Under the pieces are notes generated by a model. That model searched no databases. It was not told where the DNA came from and saw nothing but the letters and a program-made list of their open reading frames with translations. The translations under genes and the position numbers were made by a program. Positions 22,649-35,929 of a DNA stretch of 64,000 bases are shown here, one piece after another. Position 1 is the first letter of the stretch. Every line of letters begins with the position of its first letter. The DNA is from Macrostomum lignano (lineage: Eukaryota), in the NCBI GenBank assembly GCA_002269645.1, contig NIVC01000245.1, forward strand, positions 124,001 to 188,000, in the 5' to 3' direction.

Positions 22649-24529
22649 AATAATATTGAGTTTCGTCTTACTATTATCTGTTAAGAGTGCTTCTCTACCG
22701 CAATTCTATTTCGATATCAACAAGCGCTACAATGACGTGACTGTCCCCTATCTTCGTAAATCTACTAAAACATGAATACATTTAATGGCGCTAGAAAAGT
22801 TAGTAATTAGGCCTAGCTTAGTTAAAATAGTAACAATCATTTATCAATAAACCAGCAAGCTGAGACAGCAACCAGCATGCTACCATAGTGTAAATAAATA
22901 ACTGTAGTCGTGCTGTCAATTCTACATTTTAAGCAAATGTGGCAGGCGAAATGCCATACTGACTTTGCTATATCATCGTTTAACTAAATTTTTCATTAAT
23001 TGCATGCGATTTTTTTTTCATTTTTCCATTCGCTGTCATTATTCATGTCACTCGTCCTTTAAATGTTTAATTCCCTTTGCTTGACATGGACTTTTTTCTT
23101 TCTTTTTCTGGTTTTTGCTATCCCTTCTTTGGAACTTTTGTTTTTCTGCGCGCTGTATTAACGTATTTGCGCCTTGTCCACCCCGTTAATTTTTGTTGCC
23201 CATTGCTCAGCCCAGTGCATGTCCCCAGCGTTCGAACAGTTTCTCTGTGTTATTTAAACCGCTGTTCTGAGCCCGGTCTTTTTCATTACTCTTGCCCTCT
23301 GCCTCCCCACCTCCGCTCTACGTTTTCTCCCGCTCGTTTAGCGTTAAATTTGTGACTGTTTCGTTTAATAACCAAGCTTAATCAGCCAACTGCAAGTTTT
23401 ATTAATTTAGTTTAGTTTTCTTTGTAATTAGCACCCCGGTGCCGCTGCAAATTAATCTTGGTCGACAAATATAATTTACCCTAACCTACCTGCTGCTCAT
23501 TATCGGACATTTAGTCACCTACTAGTTAATTTAACTAAAATTAAAAATTAATAAGTTACGCTAATTATTTATTCGTTGACGTTAAGCCATAGCCTATCTT
23601 GAGTTATTTGTCCGTGGGACGTAAAACAACCAAGTTCTCATCTCAAAGAAAGCTCTGAGACTTATACGTTCCGTAATACGAGAATTACGGTGGTGGCAGC
23701 TCTCTCTACCCTACTGCACCCGACGACAACCGGCTAGCCGGGCCAAAAGCTTACAAAATCATCGGGCTAACCGGCAGGAAAGCGCGCTCTCGAGCTCTCG
23801 CTTCTCCCGGCTAGACGGGCCCAAAGCGCGCTCCCATACAATCAAATGGGAGTGTATCAATTGAAAGCTTTTAACGGGTGTTTAATAACAATTTGCAGTA
23901 TAAAAATCGACGTTTGTTAATATTAATTCGCTTGCATGTAATTTGAAAACAAAATTTACAGGAATGAGCTAGGGTTCCTGTGTTCAACGTTCAACAAAAG
24001 CTTTTAAGGCATATTTGTTGTGCTACTGTGCATTGCTGTGCTGGCCTATGCACTAGACTAAACAAGTGAAGGCTTCGTGTACAAGATAAATGAAAGGAGC
24101 TTTTCTGAAATTTCTTGTGCATTATTATGTTATTGCTTAAGTAATTTTGTTCTATCGACTATAGTTTAAGCTTGTCACGTGTCAGTTAATTAATAATACA
24201 GGCATTTGAAATATAAATGTAGGTCTAATATTTTGAGAAGTAACTTATAAGCTGCTTTTATTCAATTATAAAAAGGCTTCAGTTCAATTAAATTCTATTT
24301 ATTTAGCTATAGCCCTATGTATGTAGGAAAGCCTATTGAGCACTAAGCCTGGGCCTAGCTTATTGACTGACTTGGACTTAATGAATAGATTTAGCTAACT
24401 TACTAGATAAGAGCCTTAAAATTTTTGTTTTTTCTATCTATCTACTTTATGTATACCAATAGGCCTAGACTAAATAGCAAACTATAAAACTAAGCCTACA
24501 ATATTTTATATCAAATACCTGATGTTTGA

Positions 24530-26100
24530 CTTATTTTCCTTTCCTTAGTTCCCCTCTCCCCTAACCTTGGATTTCCTCCTTCTAACCCTGGCTTCCCTTC
24601 CTTGACCTTGGCTTCCCTCCCCCTGACCCTGGCTTCTCTCCTTACTGACCCTGGTTTCTCTCCTCCCCTGACCTTGGCTTCTCTCCTCCCCTGACCTTGG
24701 CTTCCTTCCCCTAACCCTGGCTTCTCTCCCCTTGACCCTGGCTTCTCTCCACTTGGCCCTGGCTTCTGTCCCCCTGACCCTGGCTTCCCTTCCCTGATCC
24801 TGGCTTCTCTCATCCCCTGACCCTGGCTTCTCTCCTCCCGTGACCCTGGCTTCTCTCCTTCCGTGACCCTGGCTTTTCTGTGCCTAGCCCTGGCTTCTCT
24901 CTCCCTGACCCTGGCTTCCCTTCCCTGACCCTGGTTTCTCTCCCCCTGACCTTGGCTTTCCTCCCTTGACCCTGGCTTCTCTCCTCCCCTGACCCTGGCT
25001 TCTCTCCTTACTGACCCCTGGCTTCTCTCTCCCTGACCCTGGCTTCCCTCCCCTGACCCTGGCTTCTCTCCCCCTGACCTTGACTTCCCTCCCTTGACCC
25101 TGGCTTCTCTCCTCCCCTGACCCTGGCTTCTCTCCACTTGGCCCTGGCTTCTCCCCCTGACCCTGGCTTCTCTCTGCCTGGCCTGGCTTTTCTCCTTACT
25201 GACCCCTGGCTTCTGTCCCCCTGAACCTGGCTTCCCTTCCCTGACCCTGGCTTACCTCCCCTGACCCTGGCTTCTCTCCTCCCCTGACCCTGGCTTCTCT
25301 CCCCCTGACCCTGGCTTCCCTCCCCTGACCCTGGCTTCTCTCCCCTTGACCCTGGCTTCTCTCCACTTGGCCCTGGCTTCTCTCTCCCTGACCCTGGCTT
25401 CCCTCCCTTGACCCTAGCTTCTCTCCCCCTGACCCTGGCTTCCCTCCCCTGATTCTGGCTTCCCTCCCTTGACCCTAGCTTCTCTCCCCCTGACCCTGGC
25501 TTCTCTCCCCCTGACCCTGGCTTCCCTCCCTTGACCCTAGCTTCTCTCCCCCTGACCCTGGCTTCCCTCCCCTGACCCTGGCTTCCCTCTCTTGACCCTA
25601 GTTTCTCTCCCCTGACCCTTGCTTCTCTCCGCCTGGCCTGGCTTTTCTCCTTACTGCTGACCCCTGGCTTCTCTCTCCCTGACCCTGGCTTCCCTCCCCT
25701 GACCCTGGCTTTTCTCTGCCTGGCCCTGGCTTTTCTCCTTCCCTGACCCTGGCTTCTCTCCCCATGACCCTCGCTTCCCTGCCCTGACCCTGGCTTCCCT
25801 CCCCTGATCCTGGCTTCTCTCCCGCTGGCCTTGGCTTCCCTCCCTTGACCTTGGCTTCTCTCCCCAGACCCTCGCTTCCTTCCCCTGACCCTGGCTTCCC
25901 TCCCTCCTGTCCCATGGCTCCCTCTCTCCTGAACCCTGGATTCCCTCACTCCTGACCCTTGTTTCCCTCTCTCCTGACCAATGGCTTTCTCTACTGACCC
26001 ATGGCTTCCCTCACTCCTGACCAGTGGCTCTGCCTCCTTGCTCTTTCCCCCCTGGTCTGCCTCCTGGTTTTCTGCCCTCTGCTCTGTCCGCACGGCTTTG
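24530..26100. repeat. C-rich minisatellite (ccctgaccctggcttctct) in the left foldback arm
   Basis: Variable 19-24-bp units read directly. Confidence 0.95.
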
Positions 26101-26697
26101 CTTCCTGCTCTGCCCTCTGCTATCTGCTCTACCCTGCTTCTCCGCCCTCTGCTAAAGTAGTCTCGTATTAGTACCAAGCAGCACAGCTTATTGAAAGCAC
26201 ATTCTTCCTTCAGAAAAAGCTACCGGTGAAGCCCAGCTGCTGTACCATTGGCACCTTTGCTTTGGTCACCGTCTCGAACAACGCTGCTGCGGCCGGGACT
26301 GCCGCTGGTTCTGCTCGAACAGCCGCCTCGAACGCTACAGTCGGTGCAAAGCGTACCATAACCTTCAGCAATGCGGTGATCGTATCAAAGTTAGCTCAGA
26401 ATGGAACGGTCGTTGAAAGCATTTTGTCTTGAGCTGTCAGCAAATGGAAATTCGTATCATTGACAGTTCATGTTAGCTTTATTTACAGTCAATTTTTTAA
26501 CTTTGTTTATCTGTACCTTTTACCCTTGCTCTACTTTTATCCATAACTTGTTAGTTTCTTGCTCATGTACTCTATGCATGCACATATACATGCATTAGTA
26601 CTTCCGATCACCGTTAGTGAGGTTTCACAAATCACCAATAGCCATAACACAAAAGCCATGCATTGACAAGCCATATCTAATTTTGGCGGAGGCGAGG

Positions 26698-27132
26698 AGA
26701 GCGGGAAGGTGGCGGGAGCTGAGAGCGGGAAGGTGGCGGGAGCTGAGAGCGGGAAGGTGGCGGGAGCTGAGAGCGGGAAGGTGGTGGGAGCTGAGAGCGG
26801 GAAGGTGGCGGGAGCTGAGAGCGGGAAGGTGGCGGGAGCTGAGAGCGGGAAGGTGGCGGAAGCTGAGAGCGGGAAGGTGGCGGGAGCTGAGAGCGGGAAG
26901 GTGGTGGGAGCTGAGAGCGGGAAGGTGGCGGGAGCTGAGAGCGGGAAGGTGGTGGGAGCTGAGAGCGGGAAGGTGGCGGGAGCTGAGAGCGGGAAGGTGG
27001 CGGGAGCTGAGAGCGGGAAGGTGGTGGGAGCTGAGAGCGGGAAGGTGGCGGGAGCTGAGAGCGGGAAGGTGGCGGGAGCTGAGAGCGGGAAGGTGGCGGG
27101 AGCTGAGAGCGGGAAGGTGGCGGAAGTTGAGA
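26698..27132. repeat. 24-bp minisatellite (gcgggaaggtggcgggagctgaga), ~18 copies
   Basis: Tandem copies with CG/TG variants at ggCGgg. Confidence 0.97.
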
Positions 27133-27499
27133 GCTGAGAGGTTTGACCAAAGGACTGTCGTCGCGCTCTAACAGTGTGGCTGAACTGACCACTTGTACCT
27201 TCTGCATATTTTATATTTTGGTCAAAAAATCATAAGTTGACTTGTAGGTGTTCACGTCGTGGTACGTTGGTTTTTGCGGCTGTTGCTAAGTCTTGTGGAA
27301 TTGTTAAATCGAATTGTCCGTGTTCTTTTCTCGTTTTTTATTATAGTGTGCCATTTAGTGTACCTGAATTGTGCCATTTTTTGACAAACGACAGAGAAAA
27401 TACTAGCAGCTGACAATGGAATGTGCGATAAGCGAGAAAAAAATAAAGGATATGTTGTACGAAAACTGAGAAATAATTGTTCTTTTTTGCTTGCAATAA

Positions 27500-27950
27500 T
27501 AAAAAAGCCAATAAAAGGAAGAGAAGTTGAAGTGGATGAGTCCAATTTTTTCATCGCAAATACCACCAGGGAGCTTACCGCGAGGGCCACTGGGTGCTTG
27601 GGATGGTCGAGCAAGGTACACGCAAATGCATGATGGTACAAGTACCCAACCGTTCTTGTTGAGTCAGATTATTCAGCAGTGTGTTGCCTGGGACACGCAT
27701 TTTAACTGACGGCTGGCAGGTATATAGTGCGCTTCCCCAGGTGTTTGTCAATCACCGTCTGCATTTCGTTGATCCGAACGATCCAACTGTGCCCACAAAC
27801 AACATCGAAGGCACCTGGGCACTCGTGAAGGCGAAGTTTTGCAGCCAGCATGGCGCTAGTGACGACCTTTTTTGAGTCCCATCTTAGCGAGTTCCTCTAG
27901 CGCCAACTCTAGCCAGAGAAGTGCTTTGGGAACTTCCTGTACTAGGGAAT
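27500..27950 (+). pseudogene. Merlin (IS1595/ISXO2-like DDE) transposase remnant
   Basis: Frameshifted blocks GREVEVDES, KYHQG...GHWVLGMVE, LPGTRILTDGWQVY, VNHRLHFVDP...TNNIEGTW and HLSEFL*R. Confidence 0.85.
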
Positions 27951-29204
27951 ATAGCTGTGTGACGCTATTTTTAAGACCTTAAGTATGCTCTAATAAACTT
28001 GTTTTAGTTCGTTTGTTTAAAAAACTAAGACATGCTAAAAAGCCTTATTGATGAAAGCGCCACATACAATTACGTATGTACCCTTGTACATGTACGAGTT
28101 ACTGTCGATTTCTAACAATTTAATAAATATTTCTTCCAGCGTTTATGTGACTTCTGCGATATAATGTACCTGCATTGAGTAATGTGGTGTGGTGGGTGCT
28201 GAGTGGTGTGGTGTACAATAGGATACATTCTAGAAACTGGTATAAATCGATATACATGCACTATACACTGTAGCTCGTCGGTATATTTGATCGAGTTCAT
28301 GTATTTCGGGCTGTTAGAAAAGGGATAGAATTTTGAGATTATTATATCGATAGTAACTTGCGTTACTCGTACAGTACTTTATCACGCATAGCGCTATGCA
28401 ACTCATTAAAAGATGAGGTTAGGTGTTAGTGTGTTCTGTGTAGGTGCCAATGTTGGGGCGTAGCGAGGAGGTGTCATTAGCACTTGGGAGAGCACCAATA
28501 AAGTACGGAAGCGATTCTGAATGGCTTCAATGGAATTTCTTATATACGTACATGTAGAAGTACACGGAAGACAGAACGGACGTCCGCATGCGACTCCTGC
28601 CGTTCCCTGAATTTAGTGCGTGCACCTCTGGACTGTTAAGAAATTTGGTTAAGAATCTTCTTTAAAATAAGAATCACAGCTTCATGCACATGTGCTACGA
28701 TGAGTAATTGCTTTCCAGGACGTGAACTCTACGACTATACATGTAAGTGCAAAATGTATTGACATACAATAGAATATACCTGAACACAGTTTCTACCTAC
28801 AATAAGGCGCATACATGTACATGGCCATGTTTATCATGCCATATTGGTAACATTATTTATGACTTGTGGAACACACAAACTGTGATCTACACATGTATCA
28901 TATACGTACATCCCATGCATCATTTATACAGTTACATGAGCTAGAAATTACATGTAACAGAATAATAGCCAAGTGACTTGACCATACGTACGTACGAAGA
29001 AGTACAATTGCGATTACACACTGATTCCAGTGAAGACTCCCTAGAACTCGCTCTCTATAGTATGCATCCTGCTGTAATTTAGTTGAACACTCTCGGCTGT
29101 TGATAGTGTATGCTTGATTAGTGGTCAAGCTCCCCTGAACAAAACTAGCGGCTGATCCGGGTTTTTTATAGGTACACGCCAAAAGGCATAGCCGCCACGT
29201 ACCA

Positions 29205-29508
29205 GAACAACAACAACAGAATACGCAGTCAGCGTCACACGGCGCGCCTCAAGGCCAGGTCGCGAATGAACGCCACGCCGCCGGCTCCGGGGCGCCAGCA
29301 TCAGCCAGCAGGCAGCTAGTCGAGTCGAAACGCCGAGTGCGCGCCTGTCCCCGCCGGTAGGGCCGGTGCCTGCAGCGTCAGCAGCAGCACCTCCTGCACC
29401 GGCTTTGGCCAGTACGACTCGGCGCGGATGATGTGGCCTGCCAGCTGGAGTCGCCGACGGCGCAACAGGTCGCTTGGACGCACCAGGCCGGCGCGGTGAT
29501 ACAAATTT
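29205..29508 (-). mobile_element. 5'-truncated 3' end of an RTE-like non-LTR retrotransposon
   Basis: LYHRAGLVRPSDLLRRRRLQLAGHIIRAES resembles the RRLRW.GH..R C-terminal motif, followed by a (GTT)n tail at 29205-29220. Confidence 0.7.
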
Positions 29509-31999
29509 GTTTTAATTATTGTTTGTTTTCCCGCGAGACCGAACCACCGCGGTCCCCGCCGGGAACCCCAGCTTCATTTCCTATAGAGTCGCCCACCAAC
29601 TAAAGATCCCCCTTATGCAAAAGTCTTTAAATTCCTCATTTCCAGCACTGATTACAAGTAAACCGTCCCTTGTATGCCTCCTCGCATAGAGTCCATTAGA
29701 GTGTTACATGTACATGTACGTGCCATTTCTAGTAGTGTCGAGTTTTTCGGGTGTACTCCTACACAAGTGACTGCAGAGGCGGCCACGCCCTTCGGCAAAC
29801 AAACAACCCGGGCCCGCGCTGTCGAGATAATTGAAACTTGACCGCAACGTCAGCTACAGAACAGCATCCAGAGGTGGAGAAGTCCATGTGAGGCATGCAT
29901 GGCGGCTGGTAATTTTCAGCGCTAGAGCCCAGAGGTTTACACAGATATTCTCAGGCAGCCCCCGGGTTTCGTCACATGACTTGGATCGAGCGGAAAAACT
30001 TAATTTGTAGTTTGCTCCTGGCAGCGCGAACAGGTTGGTAGGCGACTGAAGCAGCATCGGCAGCTGGTGCAGTGGTGCACCGCGCATCGGCTGTTTTGAC
30101 AGCTCCCCAGACTAGCAGTCCGACTGAATCAGTAGACTGCTGCGAGCCCCCGCCCTTATTTTGCCGCTTCCCCTGCGTTGCTGAAGCCCAATTCGACCCT
30201 ACATGTATGAATATGCGTAAATTTTTAATACACAATAAGTGAGTCTTCCTTGCTAGACCCCTGCCTCAGGTTTGCTCCATGCAACCACTATAGCCGGAAT
30301 ACCCATGGCCCACCAGGGTGAGCGCTCATCAGAATCGCATGAAGATTTCTCTCTTGAGCACTTTTACCAAGACACCATTAACAGACATTTCATGGTCTAT
30401 ATTCAGGAGCACCAAGCTTGCAACCAAGACCTTATATAACAATGGTTGTCAAAGGGCACAGTGCATATTCTAGCATGCGGGAACTATTCAACTACATCGA
30501 ATGTGAGAAGCAGAACTCTCACTCCAGAGTACTCTGAGGGCTTCTCAGAAGCAGGAGCACCCACTCCCTCCTTCATGACGCCGCCTGGACTGCAGACCCC
30601 TCAAAAAAGCGTACGTCACCGCTCAGCACAAAACTGAATGCCCATGCAGCAAATGTGCACCGCTGACGATCGAGCGCACTTTTGTTCACTTCAGCGCCCT
30701 ACACCAAGGCAGCGTCCTTTCTTGCCAGTGCAGGAACTCTCGGCAGCTTGCTGGGAGCATTCGAAACATGCTTAAGCTGCACCACTAAGAGCGAAATAAA
30801 ATGTGAGTTCACTGAGAAAATTTTACTTCTGGAGTGTAAAGCTAAATCAACAAAATTTTGCGGAGCGCATGCTATTTAAGAAATACTCCAGAAACACAAA
30901 ACCAAGTATTCGACAAAATTATATGACCAACTAAAATCGGAAAGCTCCTGGTCATAACTGTATGTAACATGAAAGTTTATATCTGTATTTTTTGCACGCG
31001 TCTTCATGAAGAGCAGTAATGTTTAAAAAAATAACTGGCGGTAACAACAAAAGACACCTGTCAGTTCCTAGTAGAAATATAAGAACCTGTAAAAACAACA
31101 GGATTTTGACAGTATAAGGGGTTGGTTATTGTTGGTCCACAATGGTACAGCCGAAATTATTTTGGATTATTTGCTTAAACTGAAAGCCTGACACTGAAGT
31201 CTAGGGGCACTTGCTCCGAGCTTTGTGATCAAGGATTGAATTAAAATGGCACACGTTGAACACCACCCTGTCACAGAGCAGTATCGTCTCGAAAAAATGT
31301 CTCCCAGAAATCACAGCAAAAATATATGAAACTCCGATGCTACAAACTGCATTGAGTCGAAAAATGCTTTTACAAATGGAAAATCCACCCATAAACAACC
31401 TAAAAACACGACACCAAAAACATTGAGTGTGGCTCCCATTGCACAGGGAGTAATGCGAGTAGCAATATTGGAAAAGGGCGATGACAAATGGGTGCTTTTG
31501 TTGAGCTTTACAAGATCTGAACATGTATTAACAGAATTCGGTGATCTAAATGTTAAAAGAATTGTCGAATTAAAAAATAGCTTTGGCGGAGCCAGCTTCA
31601 GTTTCGGCTGCAGCAGCGATGTTTGAGGCGGCTGCTTAAGCGGAACCAGCGGCAGACCCGGCCGTAACGGTTGCACCAGATGTCAGCGTATCAGAACTCA
31701 TAGTGGCGGTACGTACAAACTAATTTCAGCTCAGTGTGCACACATAGTAGAAAGCTCGCGCTTGGATAGCTTTTGTGGGTGAACAGCTGCTTGTGAACAA
31801 GCAGCTGCTTGTTTGTTGCTAGGCCAATCGCACCAGAGGCAAAAGCAAAGGTGCCAATGGGACAGCAGCTGGGCTTCACCGGTAGCTTTTTCTGAAGGAA
31901 GAATGTGCTTTCAATAAGCTGTGCTGCTTGGTACTAATACGAGACTACTTTAGCAGAGGGCGGAGAAGCAGGGTAGAGCAGACAGCAGGGAGCAAAGCA

Positions 32000-34890
32000 G
32001 CGGGGGCAGAGCAGGGGGCAGAAAACCAGAGGACAGAAAAGCAGGGGGCAAAGGAGCAAGGTAGAGCAGACAGCAGACGTCAGAGCAAGAGGGCAGAGCA
32101 GGGCAGAAGTTACGGGTCAAGAGGGGTCAGGAGAGATGTTTAAAAAAGAAGGGAGCGAGCCATGGGAGAAGGAGGGCCATGGGCGAACAAGAGAGGGAGC
32201 CATGGGTCAAGAGGGAAGGAAACAGGGGTCAGGAGGGAGGGAATCCAGGGGTCAAGAGGGAGGGAAGCCAGGGTCAGGGGAGGGAAGCCAGGGTCAGGGG
32301 AGGGAAGCCAGAGTCAGGGGAGGAGAGAAGCCAGGGTCAGGGGAGGGAAGCCAGGGTCAGGGGAGAGAAGCCAGGGCCAGGGGAGGAGAGAAGCCAGGGT
32401 CAGGGGAGAGAAGCCAGGGTCAGGGGAGGGAAGTCAGGGTTAGGGAGAGAGAAGCCAGGGGTCAGTAAGGAGAGAAGCCAGGGTAAGGGGAGGGAAGCCA
32501 GGGTCAGGGAGAGAAAAGCCAGGGATCAGTAAGGAGAGAAGCCAGGCCAGGCGGAGGGAAGCCAGGGTCAGGGGGGGAGAAGCTAGGGTCAAGAGAGGGA
32601 AGCCAGGGTCAGTAAAGAGAAGCCAGGGTCAGGGGAGGAGAGAAGACAGGGTCAGGGGAGGGAAGCCAGGGTCAGGGAGAGAGAAGCTAGGGGTCAGTAA
32701 GGAGAAAAGCCAGGCCAGGCGGAGAGAAGCCAGGGTCAGGGGAGTGAAGCCAGGGTCAAGGGAGGGAAGCCAAGGCCAGGCGGAGAGAAGCCAGGGTCAG
32801 GGGGAGAAAAGCTAGAGTCAAGGGAGGGAAGCCAGGGTCAGGGGGAGAGAAGCCAGGGCCAGGTGGAGGGAAGCCAGGGTCAGGGGAAGGAAGCGAGGGT
32901 CTGGGGAGAGAAGCCAGGGTCAGGGGAGGGAAGTCAGGGTTAGGGAGAGAGAAGCCAGGGGTCAGTAAGGAGAGAAGCCAGGGTAAGGGGAGGGAAGCCA
33001 GGGTCAGGGAGAGAAAAGCCAGGGATCAGTAAGGAGAGAAGCCAGGCCAGGCGGAGGGAAGCCAGGGTCAGGGGGGGAGAAGCTAGGGTCAAGAGAGGGA
33101 AGCCAGGGTCAGTAAAGAGAAGCCAGGGTCAGGGGAGGAGAGAAGACAGGGTCAGGGGAGGGAAGCCAGGGTCAGGGAGAGAGAAGCTAGGGTCAGTAAG
33201 GAGAAAAGCCAGGCCAGGCGGAGAGAAGCCAGGGTCAGGGGAGTGAAGCCAGGGTCAAGGGAGGGAAGCCAAGGCCAGGCGGAGAGAAGCCAGGGTCAGG
33301 GGGAGAAAAGCTAGAGTCAAGGGAGGGAAGCCAGGGTCAGGGGGAGAGAAGCCAGGGCCAGGTGGAGGGAAGCCAGGGTCAGGGGAAGGAAGCGAGGGTC
33401 TGGGGAGAGAAGCCAAGGTCAAGGGAGGGAAGCCAAGGCCAGCGGGAGAGAAGCCAGGATCAGGGGAGGGAAGCCAGGGTCAGGGCAGGGAAGCGAGGGT
33501 CAGGGGAGAGAAGCCAGGGTCAGGGAAGGAGAAAAGCCAGGGCCAGGCAGAGAAAAGCCAGGGTCAGGGGAGGGAAGCCAGGGTCAGGGAGAGAGAAGCC
33601 AGGGGTCAGCAGTAAGGAGAAAAGCCAGGCCAGGCGGAGAGAAGCAAGGGTCAGGGGGAGAGAAACTAGGGTCAAGAGAGGGAAGCCAGGGTCAGGGGAG
33701 GGAAGCCAGGGTCAGGGGGAGAGAAGCTAGGGTCAAGGGAGGGAAGCCAGGGTCAGGGAGAGAGAAGCCAGGGGTCAGCAGTAAGGAGAAAAGCCAGGCC
33801 AGGCGGAGAGAAGCAAGGGTCAGGGGGAGAGAAACTAGGGTCAAGAGAGGGAAGCCAGGGTCAGGGGAGGGAAGCCAGGGTCAGGGGGAGAGAAGCTAGG
33901 GTCAAGGGAGGGAAGCCAGGGTCAGGGGGAGAGAAGCCAGGGTCAGGGGGAGAGAAGCTAGGGTCAAGGGAGGGAAGCCAGAATCAGGGGAGGGAAGCCA
34001 GGGTCAGGGGGAGAGAAGCTAGGGTCAAGGGAGGGAAGCCAGGGTCAGGGAGAGAGAAGCCAGGGCCAAGTGGAGAGAAGCCAGGGTCAAGGGGAGAGAA
34101 GCCAGGGTCAGGGGAGGGAAGCCAGGGTCAGGGGGAGAGAAGCCAGGGTCAGGGGAGGAGAGAAGCCAGGGTCAGGGGAGGTAAGCCAGGGTCAGGGAAG
34201 GGAAGCCAGGTTCAGGGGGACAGAAGCCAGGGGTCAGTAAGGAGAAAAGCCAGGCCAGGCAGAGAGAAGCCAGGGTCAGGGGGAGAAGCCAGGGCCAAGT
34301 GGAGAGAAGCCAGGGTCAGGGGAGGAGAGAAGCCAGGGTCAAGGGAGGGAAGTCAAGGTCAGGGGGAGAGAAGCCAGGGTCAGGGGAGGGAAGCCAGGGT
34401 CAGGGAGAGAGAAGCCAGGGGTCAGTAAGGAGAGAAGCCAGGGTCAGGGGAGGAGAGAAGCCAGGGTCAAGGGAGGAAAGCCAAGGTCAGGGGGAGAGAA
34501 ACCAGGGTCAGGGAAGGGAAGCCAGGGTCAGGGAGAGAGAAGCCAGGGCTAGGCACAGAAAAGCCAGGGTCACGGAAGGAGAGAAGCCAGGGTCACGGGA
34601 GGAGAGAAGCCAGGGTCAGGGGATGAGAGAAGCCAGGATCAGGGAAGGGAAGCCAGGGTCAGGGGGACAGAAGCCAGGGCCAAGTGGAGAGAAGCCAGGG
34701 TCAAGGGGAGAGAAGCCAGGGTTAGGGGAAGGAAGCCAAGGTCAGGGGAGGAGAGAAGCCAAGGTCAGGGGAGGAGAGAAACCAGGGTCAGTAAGGAGAG
34801 AAGCCAGGGTCAGGGGGAGGGAAGCCAAGGTCAAGGAAGGGAAGCCAGGGTTAGAAGGAGGAAATCCAAGGTTAGGGGAGAGGGGAACTA
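32000..34890. repeat. G-rich minisatellite (agaagccagggtcagggg) in the right foldback arm, with ~500-bp internal duplications
   Basis: Reverse complement of the 24530-26100 array. Block 32413-32912 recurs at about 32913-33400. Confidence 0.95.
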
Positions 34891-35929
34891 AGGAAAGGAA
34901 AATAAGTCAAACATCAGGTATTTGATATAAAATATTGTAGGCTTAGTTTTATAGTTTGCTATTTAGTCTAGGCCTATTGGTATACATAAAGTAGATAGAT
35001 AGAAAAAACAAAAATTTTAAGGCTCTTATCTAGTAAGTTAGCTAAATCTATTCATTAAGTCCAAGTCAGTCAATAAGCTAGGCCCAGGCTTAGTGCTCAA
35101 TAGGCTTTCCTACATACATAGGGCTATAGCTAAATAAATAGAATTTAATTGAACTGAAGCCTTTTTATAATTGAATAAAAGCAGCTTATAAGTTACTTCT
35201 CAAAATATTAGACCTACATTTATATTTCAAATGCCTGTATTATTAATTAACTGACACGTGACAAGCTTAAACTATAGTCGATAGAACAAAATTACTTAAG
35301 CAATAACATAATAATGCACAAGAAATTTCAGAAAAGCTCCTTTCATTTATCTTGTACACGAAGCCTTCACTTGTTTAGTCTAGTGCATAGGCCAGCACAG
35401 CAATGCACAGTAGCACAACAAATATGCCTTAAAAGCTTTTGTTGAACGTTGAACACAGGAACCCTAGCTCATTCCTGTAAATTTTGTTTTCAAATTACAT
35501 GCAAGCGAATTAATATTAACAAACGTCGATTTTTATACTGCAAATTGTTATTAAACACCCGTTAAAAGCTTGCAATTGATACACTCCCATTTGATTGTAT
35601 GGGAGCGCGCTTTGGGCCCGTCTAGCCGGGAGAAGCGAGAGCTCGAGAGCGCGCTTTCCTGCCGGTTAGCCCGATGATTTTGTAAGCTTTTGGCCCGGCT
35701 AGCCGGTTGTCGTCGGGTGCACCCCTACTGATAGCAATCAGCCTCGCAAATCGATGTGCATCAAATTATAACGGTGTCAGAAACTTCGGTGTCTACCATT
35801 TAAACGACCGTGCCGCTAAAAACTGCTCGCCTACGATTACAACTACCCTCCCCCTGGAATTGGAGGACCCCGGCAGTCGGAGTAATTAAACAGGAGAAAA
35901 AAAATCGTTGTGATATTCGTCTGCTCAAT

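Larger units (their letters stand above)
19381..22711 (-). mobile_element. Penelope-like retroelement with an inverted 5' pseudo-LTR (1036-bp inverted arms 19381-20416 and 21676-22711)
   Basis: An RT+GIY-YIG ORF on - is followed by a + copy of its 3' 1036 bp. The ORF peptides of the two arms are identical, and both arms carry an (AG)n tract and a hammerhead motif. Confidence 0.96.
23717..35722. mobile_element. 12-kb foldback-like composite element; inverted arms 23717-26263 and 31842-35719 each hold an internal G-rich minisatellite
   Basis: The outer ~800 bp of unique sequence are near-identical in reverse complement (cacccgacgacaaccggctagccggg...). The 208-aa pseudo-ORF at 24511-25137(-) is identical to 34299-34925(+). 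ccctactg flanks both ends (23709-23716, 35723-35730). Confidence 0.8.

Noticed and set aside
27500-27950. Bacterial IS1595 insertion or contamination
   Set aside because: The motifs fit eukaryotic Merlin, the copy is decayed, and it is embedded among intron-containing genes and animal repeats.
24511-34925. Gly/Arg-rich ORFs (208-389 aa) in the foldback arms
   Set aside because: Minisatellite translations, mirrored on opposite strands.
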